A DNA stretch of 64,000 bases, from assembly GCA_012026655.1 (NCBI GenBank), contig JAAILG010000308.1, positions 1 to 64,000 of the forward strand, given 5' to 3'. Within the stretch, counting starts at the first letter, position 1. Each line of letters begins with the position of its first letter. The position numbers and the translations under genes were made by a program. Below are positions 1 to 11,070 of the stretch, one piece after another. Origin of the DNA: Hydrolagus affinis. Its lineage: Eukaryota. The notes under the pieces are model-generated. The model worked only from the letters and a program-made list of their open reading frames with translations. It made no database searches and was not told the origin of the DNA.

Positions 1-149
1 TGACATTAGGTAACAATTTGTAACACACCTGATGAATGGGAGTGTGTTGGGGGTGGTGGGAGGGTCATAGAGATGACGTTGCGGGGTTCACAGAAAGTGA
101 ATAAGCTACCCACAGTAGCCAATCATCCTTGCATAAGATCACAAGATTG

Positions 150-470
150 GTTTGAGTGAACACGGCCCATGGGCTCATTTGATCTCTTGCTGCTAAGTGC
201 TTCCTCCACTCTGCCATTGCTTCCTAATAACCTTTTTCCAGTCATTAATTACCCTCTAAGATGAAGCAATCTATCTGGAGTGAAATTGCCCTCGGTGCAT
301 CCAGAAACGTTGTTTGGGGTTTGCTTTCTCAATCCCATTTACAATCTTAGTTGCTTGTATAAGGTCTGTCCCTCTGTCTTGTTAAGACCGAAGACTATCT
401 TGACTAATCGTTGCTCCTAACTCATTCCTCTAACAATGGGAATCATCTTCGTTGCTTTCCTGTGCACAGC
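150..470 (-). mobile_element. Possible highly decayed CR1/L2-like LINE fragment
   Basis: Weak resemblance to antisense LINE 3' sequence (e.g. TGTCCCTCTGTCTTG); no readable ORF. Confidence 0.25.
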
Positions 471-2198
471 TTCTGGCATCTGGCTTTATTAAATTGAATA
501 ACAAACCTATACTGTACATAATGTTTGTGGAATTCCAGCAAAGTAAAGGCGACACTCAGTTGATTCCAACCTGTTGCACATCAACCTTCAGTTGTTAAAT
601 TATCTATTCTCATGGAAGCTAAAGGTTCCATAGAGGTACTTTAAAGAAAAGGAGGGAATGAGCTCTTTGTATTGGTACATATTCGGCTCTCAGCCAAAAG
701 CAAATTAATTTATCGTTCATCTCTTTGCAGAACATTGATGGTGCAGATAACCTGCCAATTTTGCCCACATTTCAAAATGACTAATTGTGCAAAGGAGGCA
801 CTGAGATTTTTTGAGAAGTTATATGAAATGCAAATATTACATTTATTAAAAAGGACATCTTTCTAATGACACATCCTCCCTGAACTAAGTAGCCAATCGC
901 CATAAATATGTATGGATATAATGCACATTGTTTTACTACAATATTTATTCCTCCCAGTATATTCCAGGCATTTGGCATGAAAAATTCATGACTTATTTTC
1001 TAAACATGTCATTATTTTTTCCCTTGAGTCAATAATGGGTATCACATCAGAATTTATAAATGTGAACGGTGCATATTTAGATTCAACCATGTACTGTATT
1101 TTTAAACAATATGAAGTGAAATCAAAATATCCTCTATTTGCTAATGTGGAAATAAATATTATTTATTTCCTGATAAAGAGTATCTCTTGATTGTCGGCTA
1201 TACTGTTTGTAGTGTTCCAAGATGCTATCCTAGGTAGTGTACTATATAAATGTAAATTGCTGTTGGTTGGTTGGTGCCTGCATTGCTTCTCACATCTCTG
1301 TCCTATGCCCTGTTTCGTTGCTATATCAGTTCTTCATTCAATATCATATAGAAGGGTTTCCTGCAGTAATCCCGCTCCTACCCAGCTCCCACGGAATCCC
1401 CTCAGCAGGTTGTATAACTTTCTAAGCCTTTTTATCCTGTGTGATATCTGGATTCTATTTTCCTCAGTGTTGTCCAAGAATAAGGTTTTGTTACATCAAA
1501 AGTCAAATTTGTTTTTTCTTCTGCCATGTTGCAAATCAAACGGTTCAAAGTGTCTATCCATTTGGTTTAACGTAGGTATCCTAAACTCAAACGAAATGTT
1601 GCACCAGGCAAAACAAATAAATTCAGTGGAAATATGACACAATCCAGCATTGCTGCTAAAAATAATTCGTATTATTTCATAATGCAACATGGTAGCCGAA
1701 GTGAGGTTTTAAATAGGACAGTTTCTCCAAAACACACCAATCAATGAAACTAAATGTACCGAGTTGAGATTATCAACTGCTTTAAAGCCTAATTTATGTT
1801 TGATGTTTAGTACCACAGGTGATATAAAGCCTCTCACCAATAATTTAGTCCGAGATTATTTCTTTCGATCAGCCTCTATCATTTAACTCAATCGATTGTT
1901 TTAATAGGCCCGTTGTTTATGGCTATGTTAACTCGTGTCGGAAGATAATAATATAATTATAATCTTCATATTTGATGTTGTGTCTCCAACATTGAAAAGG
2001 CAGGTGCTTCAGAGGTGATTGCTATCAAGTAGAGCAAGAGATATTGTAGTCAAATTGTGCTGATGAAACCTATTGACACACGACAAAAATTATACTGCAC
2101 AGTTACATATTATTAAATTACTAAAGTGATTGGATTTGCTTTGAAAGAAATGTTGAGAAGTCACAAAATGCTTCACAGGATACATGTATAGTGGACTG

Positions 2199-2480
2199 TT
2201 ATATCAAATTCAAGGAATATTATTATGATATATGGAAGGATTATTATTGTATCAAATGCCTATTATTGTTTTATCAAATACAAGAATTATTATAATATCG
2301 AATGCAAGGATTATTAATTTATTATATCAAATGCACAGATGTTTATCATTATCTGAAAGGATTATTATTATATCAAATGCAAGGATTATTATTATTATCA
2401 TTATTATATCAAAGCATTATTAGTGTGATATCAAACGGATGTTTATTAGATCACATGCAAGGATTATTATTATATCAATA
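2199..2480 (+). repeat. Minisatellite of degenerate ~22-25 nt TATCAAATGCAAGGATTATTAT units (left block)
   Basis: About 10 visible variants of the unit, which matches the 3' tail of the adjacent SINE. Confidence 0.85.
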
Positions 2481-2494
2481 ATATAATATAATGT

Positions 2495-2841
2495 GGAGCT
2501 CCTGTGGCTCAGTGGTTAGAGCACTTGTCTTGCAAGTTGGGGAGACCAAGCTGGGGAGACCTGTGTTCAAATCCAGGCAGGTCAGGGCGAAACCTTGGGC
2601 AAGTTTCCTTACTCCACACATGCGCCTAATAATAATCTGTCCAAAAAAAACCACAATAACAAAATTGGTCATTTCAATCCACGACTGTTTGTGGGGGACG
2701 CTGCTGTGCGCAATTGGCTGCCGCGATTCGTTTGCCCACAATTATACAGTCAATTCACTTTACAGTATATTCTGTGAAGCGCTTTGGGACGTCGATAAGA
2801 TGTGAAAAGCGCTATATCAAATGCAAGGATTATTATTATTA
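2495..2841 (+). mobile_element. Full-length tRNA-derived SINE with Deu-like body and LINE-like tail (chimaera SINE2-like family)
   Basis: A-box TGGCTCAGTGG 2505-2515; B-box GTTCAAATCC 2565-2574; body GCTGTGCGCAATTGGCTGCCGCG; tail AAGCGCTTTGGGACGTC..GTGAAAAGCGCTATATCAAATGCAAGG(ATT)n; 14-bp internal duplication 2533-2560; more than 15 related copies in the window. Confidence 0.9.
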
Positions 2842-3182
2842 TCAATATTATCAAAGCATTATTAGTGTGATATCAAATGGATGATTATTAGATCACATAC
2901 AATAATATACACATATTATATCAAGTGCAAGGATTATTCATATTATTGTCATATAAAATGCAAGGATTTGATTATTATTCATCAAATGCAAAGATTACTA
3001 TTCTCATTATTCTATCCAATGCAAGGATTATCATTCTAGCCAATGGAAGGATTATTCTATCAAATGCAAGGATTTTATTATTATTATTCTATCAGATGCA
3101 AGGATTATTAATCTCATTATTCTATTCAATGCAGGGATTATTAATCTCATTATTCTATTGAATGAGTACTATTATTATTATG
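2842..3182 (+). repeat. Minisatellite of SINE-tail units (right block), ending at the promoter
   Basis: About 12 variants of (T)ATCAAATGCAAGGATTATT; source of the spurious ORF 2925..3161. Confidence 0.85.
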
Positions 3183-3554
3183 AGCCCTTGATCTGCAGCA
3201 CATGAGCCCGCCTCACCAGGATCAGTCACTGGTTGGCTGTTTAGCCTGTCAATCAGGATGACGTCACCAGGGGTTAACCTCTCAGTATCCCTGGCGCTGA
3301 TTGGCCGCGCGTCCGATCGGTCCCTCCCGTGCCCCCTCCCCCTCCCCCCATCCCGACCCCGGACCAATAGGAAGCGAGCTCTCGGCAAGTCGCCAACATG
3401 GCCGCTCACTCTCCTTCCCTCTCGCTCCTCATCGCTCCCTCGCTCACTGCCCAGATGAGGGGTGTGTATTAGCCGCGCCGCCGCCGATACACATACACAT
3501 CTGTGTCTCTGTAACGAAAGGAGAGGAACTGACAAGCCGTTTGCACTTTGAAAA

Positions 3555-3575
3555 GGCGGCGGCGGCGGCGGCGGC
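3555..3575 (+). repeat. (GGC)7 triplet repeat immediately before the start codon
   Basis: Read directly from the sequence. Confidence 0.95.
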
Positions 3576-3576
3576 C

Positions 3577-3638
3577 ATGGCCATGGCCAGCGATAACAAG
3601 AGGCAGTTCTGGAAGAGGAATTCCAAGGTTCCCGGAAG
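3577..3638 (+). CDS. TBC1D22B: TBC1 domain family member 22B, coding exon 1 (MAMASDNKRQFWKRNSKVPG; second ATG at 3583)
   Basis: GCCATGG Kozak contexts; QFWKR..K.PG matches the TBC1D22 N-terminus; donor AG|GTGCGT, phase 2. Confidence 0.93.
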
Positions 3639-3651
3639 GTGCGTGCGCCCG

Positions 3652-4623
3652 ACTCACTGTCACTGTCACTAACTCGCTATCACTAACTATCACTCACTCA
3701 CTCACTCACTATCACTCACTCACTCACTCACTCACTATCACTCACTCACTATCACTCACTCACTCACTCACCATCACTCACTCACTCACTCACTCACTCA
3801 CCAACTCACTATCACTAACTATCACTCACTCACTCACTCACCAACTCACCATCACTAACTATCACTCACTCACTCACCAACTCACTGTCACTAACTATCA
3901 CTCACTCATTCACTGACTCACTAACTCGCTATCACTAACTATCACTCACTCACTCACTCACTCACCAACTCACTGTCACTAACTATCACTCACTCACTCA
4001 CCAACTCACTGTCACTAACTATCACTCACTCACTCACCAACTCACTGTCACTAACTATCACTCACTCATTCACTGACTCACTAACTCGCTATCACTAACT
4101 ATCACTCACTCATTCACTAACTATCACTCACTCATTCACCAACTCATTGTCACTCAACTCACTCATTCACTGACTCACTAACTCGCATTCACTAACTATC
4201 ACTCACTCATTCACCAACTCACTATCACTAACTATCACTCACTCATTCACTGACTCACTAACTCGCTATCACTAACTATCACTCACTCATTCACCAACTC
4301 ACTATCACTTACCAACTCACTATCACCAACTCACTATCACTCACCAACTCACTATCACTAACTCACTATCACTCACCAACTCACTATCACTAACTCACTA
4401 TCACTCACCAACTCGCTATCACTCACTCATTCACCAACTCACTATCACTCACTCACTATCACTCATTCGCCAACTCACTATCACTCACTCATTCACTGAA
4501 CTCACTATCACTCACTCACTATCACTCACTCACTATCATTCACTATCGCTAACTCATTCATTCACCAACTCACTCATTCACTAACTAACTATCATTCACT
4601 ATCATTCACTAACTCACTATCAC
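3652..4623 (+). repeat. Complex (TCAC)n/ACTATC/ACTAAC low-complexity array, block 1
   Basis: Almost G-free + strand; starts about 14 nt after the exon-1 donor; higher-order repeated blocks. Confidence 0.95.
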
Positions 4624-5116
4624 TAGTGTCCGGCGATATATCGGTTATATCGATATAATTTTTCATATCGATGTACCGATATTGGAAATTTGAATATATC
4701 GCTATATCGAAAAATTTGGTATGAAAAAAAATCGGTATATCCACAAAATATCACCATATCATCAACACATGCCACGTTACAGCAAACAGAAAATATACAA
4801 CCAAAGGTTCAAATGCCCATTACGCTCCCTTAAACCATAGATAGCATTTAACTGACCTTGTCGCCAGCATCGCAAACTTCCTGCGTGTAGAGCACGCATA
4901 TCTGAATGCGGGCGCATCCCCCTTCTACCCTCCCCCCCACCACCAAACACAGACATGCGCAGACCGGTCGTTTCCCCTCCTCCCATTCCTCCCACTAAAC
5001 ACCATTTCCGCGCATGCGCACAAGATAAAAACCCGGTGATATCGATATATTGGTATATATCGATATGAGCCCACTGATATATCGATATCGGAAAATTTCC
5101 ATATCGACGGACCCTA
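4624..5116. mobile_element. Non-autonomous hAT-like DNA transposon (MITE), 493 bp
   Basis: Left end TAGTGTCCGGCGATAT vs reverse complement of right end TAGGGTCCGTCGATAT (14/16); many subterminal ATATCG/CGATAT motifs at both ends; no clear 8-bp TSD. Confidence 0.8.
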
Positions 5117-5420
5117 CCACTCATTCACTTGTTTACCAGCTCACTATCACTCACTAACTCACTTTCACTAAATCACTATCAAAAACTCACGATCACTCTT
5201 AACTCAGTATCACTCTCTAACTCAGTTCACTCACTAACACAAACTCACTCACTGTTACTCACTCACAATCACTAACACTGTCACTCACTAACTCAAAGTG
5301 CTCTATAAATGTAATTTTGTTATTGTTGTTGTAAACACTCACTCATTCACACTCTCACTAATTCACTCACACTTCCTCGCTCACTCGCCCAACAACTAAC
5401 TAACCAATTCACTCACTGTC
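5117..5420 (+). repeat. (TCAC)n-type array, degenerate block 2
   Basis: The same motifs resume after the MITE. Confidence 0.85.
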
Positions 5421-6054
5421 CTATTTTTATTTATTAATTTTTGAGTTATCATTTCCTGCCTCTCTGCAATTATCACTATTCTTTTTAAATTTATTATTAT
5501 TATCTGAGTCATTCCCACCCCCACTGTACTCATCCTCTCTTTACACCCTTTCTCTTCCAAACCCCTCTCTCTTGTCCCCCCCCTTTAAAATCCATCATCT
5601 ATCTGAATTTCGCTTAGGTTTCAGGCTTACTCTTATTATTTTTCTTCATATAATTATTATCTCAGTTCTATTCCCCTCTACAAAACCTTACCCGTCCTCT
5701 CTGAACCCTCTCTCCCCTCAAACCTTTTTCCCTATTACCCCCTTAACCCCTTTGTCTCTCATACCTCCCTCTGACCCCCTTCCCCCAGATCTGTATCCAG
5801 ACTAAGTATGTTCTCATTAGCTGTGCATCTGGACTAAACAATGCTTAACATACACATACATGTTGCTGAACGTCAGGCTCACTCTTATCACATTTCACCA
5901 CTTCATGCTTTGGCCTTGCTTCCAATGTATACTGATACTATGTTCATACGAGTGATTTGCGGGTGAATGATTTAACAGTTCTGACTTTCTCTTTTCTTCT
6001 GCCCCCTTTGTCCTCATCACCTCCAAATTATTATAATCTACCATTAATTTCCTT

Positions 6055-6120
6055 AAGCGCTTTGAGACGTCGATAAGATGTGGAAAGTGCTATATAAATG
6101 TAAGGATTATTATAATATAA
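6055..6120 (+). mobile_element. SINE 3' tail fragment
   Basis: AAGCGCTTTGAGACGTCGATAAGATGTGGAAAGTGCTATATAAATGTAAGGATTATT. Confidence 0.8.
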
Positions 6121-6721
6121 ATCTGACTAATCAAGATCCTTTTTGCAGCAGTTTGCAACTTTTGTACTGACTGTCTGAAATTTGGAGTTTTCAACAATGA
6201 TACAAAACAATAATGATTTTTCCCCTTACAAACTTAACTTTGTTGGACCCAATGTTTGTAAACATTGAAATATGGTTTCGTTTTGGTGATTATCTGAATC
6301 ATCCTTATCTTGTATGGTAATTGAGTTTTATGATTTTTACGCTGCTCGATGGATAATATGACCCAGTTGTATGCATTAACCTCAGAAACATAGATATGCA
6401 TGCTCAGAGATGGATGTTGACATTCCTAGCAGGCTGTAATTTCATTCACGAGTAACATGCTTACTACTGGAAATTGTTGTTTTTAAAACAAAATATTTTG
6501 TATTTGATGGTGACCACAACAGATATTCCCTCTTAATTGCCAGAGTTATGACAGTTCTAGTATTGGGGTTTATGTTATTGGCCTATAGAGGAAATACTGT
6601 AATTTCAAAACAAAACACGTGTAGCATTGCCTACTCATGTCCACTTATCCTAACATTTGACAAAGTTATGGAAATTGAGCACTAACACCACAGGGTGAAT
6701 AAGTGCATCATTTGTTGAAGT

Positions 6722-6970
6722 ATTAATAATAATGATAATCCTTGCATTTAATATAGCGTTTTTCACGTCTTTCTAGACTCTCAAAGCACTTCACAGAATA
6801 TACTGTATAGTGATTGAGTATATATGTGGGCGAAATGCGGCAGCGTTTGAGGGATTATCATCAGGCATGTGGAGTAAGGAAACTTGCCCAAGGTTTCGCT
6901 CTGTCTGGAATTGAACCCAGGTCTCTTGCTTGTAAGGCGAGTGCTCTAACCACATAGCTGTAGGACTCCT
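6722..6970 (-). mobile_element. tRNA-derived SINE, internally deleted copy
   Basis: Reverse complement of the tail (AATAATCCTTGCATTT) and head (GTAAGGAAACTTGCCCAAGGTTTCGC..GCTCTAACCAC) of the 2495 element. Confidence 0.88.
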
Positions 6971-6971
6971 T

Positions 6972-7036
6972 CAGGCTGGCACGCAAAATGACTACAGGAC
7001 TGGCGCGCAAAATGACTACAGGCTGGTGCGCAAAAT
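6972..7036 (+). repeat. Three tandem copies of a 23-24 nt unit CAGG(A)CTGGYRCGCAAAATGACTA
   Basis: Read directly; the third copy is partial. Confidence 0.85.
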
Positions 7037-8707
7037 AAAAATGCCTTTGCACCTTTTTAAAATAACATGAGTTAAATGTGTGAGAAATTAATAATTCAAA
7101 TTCAGTAGGGTGGTTCCTGTAACAAAGCCCTGGTGCCTCAAAGCTTCTCAAGCTGTAGCTAGGTTTGAATTTTTCTACCAGCTTATGCTGCATAAGATGC
7201 ATTTATGCTGCATCTTGTGCATTCTCATTGGGTGCTTTGGTTCCAAAAGCATACCTCGCATCGAAAGTACACATTCATCCAACACGCTGGGAATTCCCTG
7301 AAATGTCAGTTTGTTTCCATTGTTTTGATTGATAGTGTACAGCTTTAAAATGGCAGCGTATTTTCGATGTACATGCTTTCACTTGTTAAAAATGTAATAG
7401 TATCCTTGAATTTGGTATAGCGCCTTATCACATGGGAAGCACGTCTCGAAAGGGTTTCACAGGATTTGCTGTGAAATGGAGTGACTGTATTTTTATGCAA
7501 ACGTGGCAGCACAATTTCTATAATAGAAATTAGATTTGATTGTTTTGTCAACTGGCAAAGGGGACGGATTAACGTTGTGGTAAATATGTTAAAATAGCGG
7601 ATAGAGAGCTGGCGTAGGAGGTAGTTTTTGAATGATTAGAAAGTCTAATTCCAGTATTCAACATGATGGATCATTCATTACAGCCATTTAACATGTGGCT
7701 ATAGCCATTGGTGCATTTTTGCAGGGTGAATCATATTTAAAATAATTTTGGGTAAATATTTTTGTTCTTGTGACCATTAACCTAATTTTTGTCACCCTTT
7801 TGTTCTAATCTCTTGTGTCAGCTGATGAGTGCTTCAGAATTGCAATTCCCTTCAATTCATAGATTCTAATGACCGATGGCTAAGTATCTTCTCATACATT
7901 TTATTCATGCATGTGTGTGAATTCTGAAGCCTTTTCCAAAACACTGTTGCATGATGTGTTTCATCTCTGACATAAACACTTCACGTGTTTTTCTCCCATT
8001 TGAGTATTTTTCCCTGATATTGTAGGGGGATGTGAGAAGCAGTTTTCCATTTGTGCGCCCTACAGTTACCATTGAATCATCTTGTTCAGTTGAAGGGGCC
8101 TGGGGAGCCCCGAAGATTAACTTTTCTTCCAGCCAAAGTTGCTCTATTGACATAATTGAAAGGGGATTCTTGCAACGTCTGGCTGTGCTAGCTATCATCA
8201 ATTGTTGTATGTTTTTTTTAAGCTGGCACCATTGAGTACACTATTGTGCTTTCCTTCTTCAAAGCTGCTGTTCTCCTCCTACTGAGTTATATCAACAATA
8301 CTACCTCCCACAGTAACAGTTTTCTTTAATGCTATCTAATAATTGCTCAGTGCACAGACTGGACCCATTTATATTACTGCAGTTGGAATGCTAATAATGT
8401 TATTGTACACATTGTGTCAGTGTAGAAACTTTGAGAAGCAGGAATTCAAATTATGCAATGCTCTTCACGCATCCAGTTTTTTTTTCCATTTCATGACCAC
8501 TACATACAATGAAGTCTGTAAAATAAAAAGCAAAAAAAGCTCATTCAGTTTGGTTTTGAAAGAAAAGAATGTATGGTACCGGTGTTTGACAGATGTAGAA
8601 AACCATTTTAAGAGTAACTGAACCAGATAGAGTCTCAAATATAAATGCCACCAACACTGGGAAATCTCCTGTGTCTGGAATGGAACAGGTACTTTTTTCT
8701 CTGCCGG

Positions 8708-9030
8708 GAGTCCTGCAGCTCAATGATTAGAGCACTCGCCTTACAAGCATGAGACCTGTGTTTGAATCCAGGCAGGTCAGGGTGAAAACTTGGGCAAGTT
8801 TTCTTACTCCACACACCTAATAATAATCCCTCCAAAAAAACACAATAATAAAATTAGTAATTTCAATCTTTCAATCCACGATTTTGTGGGACACTGCTGT
8901 GCGCAATTGGCTGTCACGTTTCGCCCACAAATATAAAGTTAATTCACTTTACAGTACATTCTGTAAAGGACTTTGAGACATCTAGAATATGTGAAAAATG
9001 CTGTATCGAATGCAAGAATTATTATTATAT
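8708..9030 (+). mobile_element. Full-length tRNA-derived SINE
   Basis: Colinear with 2495-2841 from head to (ATT)n tail. Confidence 0.9.
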
Positions 9031-10109
9031 TATTATATATTTTGCTAACCTAATTCTGGAGATTATTCACCACAGCTGAGAAAGAGCCAAGTCTTGAGCC
9101 CCTAAGTATTGGGGTATTGCTGGGGTTTAACTACATAAAACTACATAGGTTTTATATGTTTTACATTTAAGTTTTTATATTTAATTGCAAAGGCAGGAAG
9201 TTCTCATGTACGGGCCAATGTTTGTCCCTCAACCAAATGCCATCGTTCATCTCATGATTCCTGCCTTTAATCTGGTGCAATTGGCTTCCTTTAATCTGGT
9301 GCATTTGGCTTCATAACCGAACTTAATCTCATAGTAACTAATTGTGTGAGGCCCTTAAGACATTTCACTTTTATAGATTTATCAAATGTATCTACAGTAT
9401 ACAGTTTTACATTTGGTTTGATTGCCCCTGTCCTGACTGAATTGAAGATATTCCTCACTTCATAGTATGAAGACAAATGAGACCATGTATTTGGGAGAAT
9501 AATTGTTTTGAAGAGGTTTAATTCTTCACTGAAGTCCATTTGCATCCATGTGAATGATTGATTTCCACATAATATTTATTGAAATTGATCTGGTTGATAA
9601 TTAGTCTATCCATCAACAAATTCAATTCATTTTTAAAACATTTTTTGACTCTTCCAGAACTCATTGTTCAAAATGTCCAAGTGAATCTAAATGTTATGTC
9701 TATATTCATCTATATTTCATTGTAGTGACATTGCAACGGTGACCACCAACCAACCGTCTGTTTCAAAATGTTACTTCGACAATTCTTGCAGATAGCTTTC
9801 TATGTAACTGATATTTCACAAGGTATATGTAGTTAAAGTTATTGCAATACCACAAGGGTGAATATATAAGGCAAGCATTTAGGTAATAAGTTGGCTCAAG
9901 CAACATTTAATGGCCTGTCGGCTATTTTAAATACTGAAATTTATGAGGGTTTACTTTATATTAATTACTGCTTTTGAGTGACTTTTACCTTGTATTCTGA
10001 TACAAATTGCTTGTGACCATGTCAACCTGTTTTACAAAGTACTACTGTATCTTACAAACGTCCAAAACAAATATGTACACCACCGTTTTCATCATAATAT
10101 TCCCAATTG

Positions 10110-10370
10110 TTTGCTGATGAAACAAGGCGTGGCTGCTGTGCAGGTGGATGGTAGAGGTCCCATGAGACTATTCAAAAACAAAACAAAAATGAAAGGAAAT
10201 TTTTGCTGGTGTCCTGACAAACTGTCTTCTCTGTAAATTAGCCATTCACTTCAGGCTTGTTAGTGGGACTGATTGAGTGCAAATTGGCTTTGCCACAAAA
10301 AATAGTCAACACTCCTGACAGCAATTATCTCGAAGAGCTTTGAGATATTTCTGTGTTACAGGTGTTATGT
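10110..10370 (+). mobile_element. Old Deu-domain SINE relic (SacSINE1/AmnSINE-like)
   Basis: CAGGTGGATGGTAGAGGTCCCATGAGACTATTC..GGTGTCCTG..GTGCAAATTGGCT resembles the remembered Deu core. Confidence 0.55.
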
Positions 10371-10964
10371 TCAGTGTTACCGATGATTATTATAGGATTA
10401 GATGTAGTAGCTTATTTGGCTGATGATGCTTGAATTAGATTCACTGGAAGTGTTGAGGTTATGTTTTGGGTGCCTTATCACTGTTAATGTCTTTCAGCAA
10501 GTTTTATATTGAGAAATCCATTCAGAAACTGGAGCCCTGTTTTCCATTCTGTCAAAGCAGTCCAGCTTTATGTGGCAGAATTGTTCGTAAAGTAATTGGA
10601 TGGTTGATTCATGCTCAAATTCGCATGTGCACATTTTGTGATTGAAATACATATTTGATTCATAATATTTGTGACCGTTTCAGGCCAGTGATAGCGAAAC
10701 CTGTTTCTTAATCATTAGCACTGGGAGGGATCTCTACTACACTTCTTTATTTTGCTGCTTGACAGGGTTGTAGTTATGGGCCATTACTGTCTATGGTCGC
10801 ATTTACATTGAAATGGTGCTGCTTTCAGATTGATAACTGGAGTCTACCTAGGTTAATGTTCCCATGCAGCACTTCACTAAATGTTATTATGAGTTTTTTG
10901 TGATGGTAATAGTGCTGTGTTTTTACCAGTTTAATATGAATGGGCTGTTCATTTTCCAGAGTTC

Positions 10965-11070
10965 ATATACAGTCAGTTCACTTTACCATATATTCTATAA
11001 AGAGCTTTGTTATGTCTCGAAGATGCGAAAAAGCACTATGTCAAATACAAGTACTGTATTATTATTATTA
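10965..11070 (+). mobile_element. SINE 3' fragment
   Basis: TACAGTCAGTTCACTTTAC..GAAAAGCACTATGTCAAATACAAG..(ATT)n. Confidence 0.8.

Larger units (their letters stand above)
3200..3650 (+). promoter_or_regulatory. CpG-rich TATA-less promoter and 5' UTR of TBC1D22B
   Basis: Local GC/CpG enrichment; full CRE TGACGTCA 3259-3266; CCAAT boxes in both orientations (ATTGG 3300-3304, CCAAT 3364-3368); Sp/KLF-type C-tract 3332-3349; GGAAG 3370-3374; YY1-like CAACATGGCCGC 3394-3405. The TSS cannot be determined from sequence. Confidence 0.8.

Noticed and set aside
2495-2580. tRNA-like sequence with A and B boxes
   Set aside because: SINE head; no complete cloverleaf, and it continues into the SINE body. 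The same applies to the copies at 6900 and 8710.
2232-3161. Ile-rich ORFs and a superficially CRISPR-like periodic repeat
   Set aside because: Degenerate SINE-tail minisatellite in eukaryotic DNA; no unique spacers and no cas genes.
3548-3916. ORF with poly-Arg and Thr/His/Ser/Leu repeats
   Set aside because: Off-frame translation of the GGC tract and the TCAC array.
7180-7222. Short overlapping hairpins (TGCATAAGATGCA / TGCATCTTGTGCA)
   Set aside because: Too short for a pre-miRNA; explainable as a local duplication or inversion.
9266-9313. 24-bp tandem duplication
   Set aside because: Ordinary slippage event, probably within an old SINE relic.
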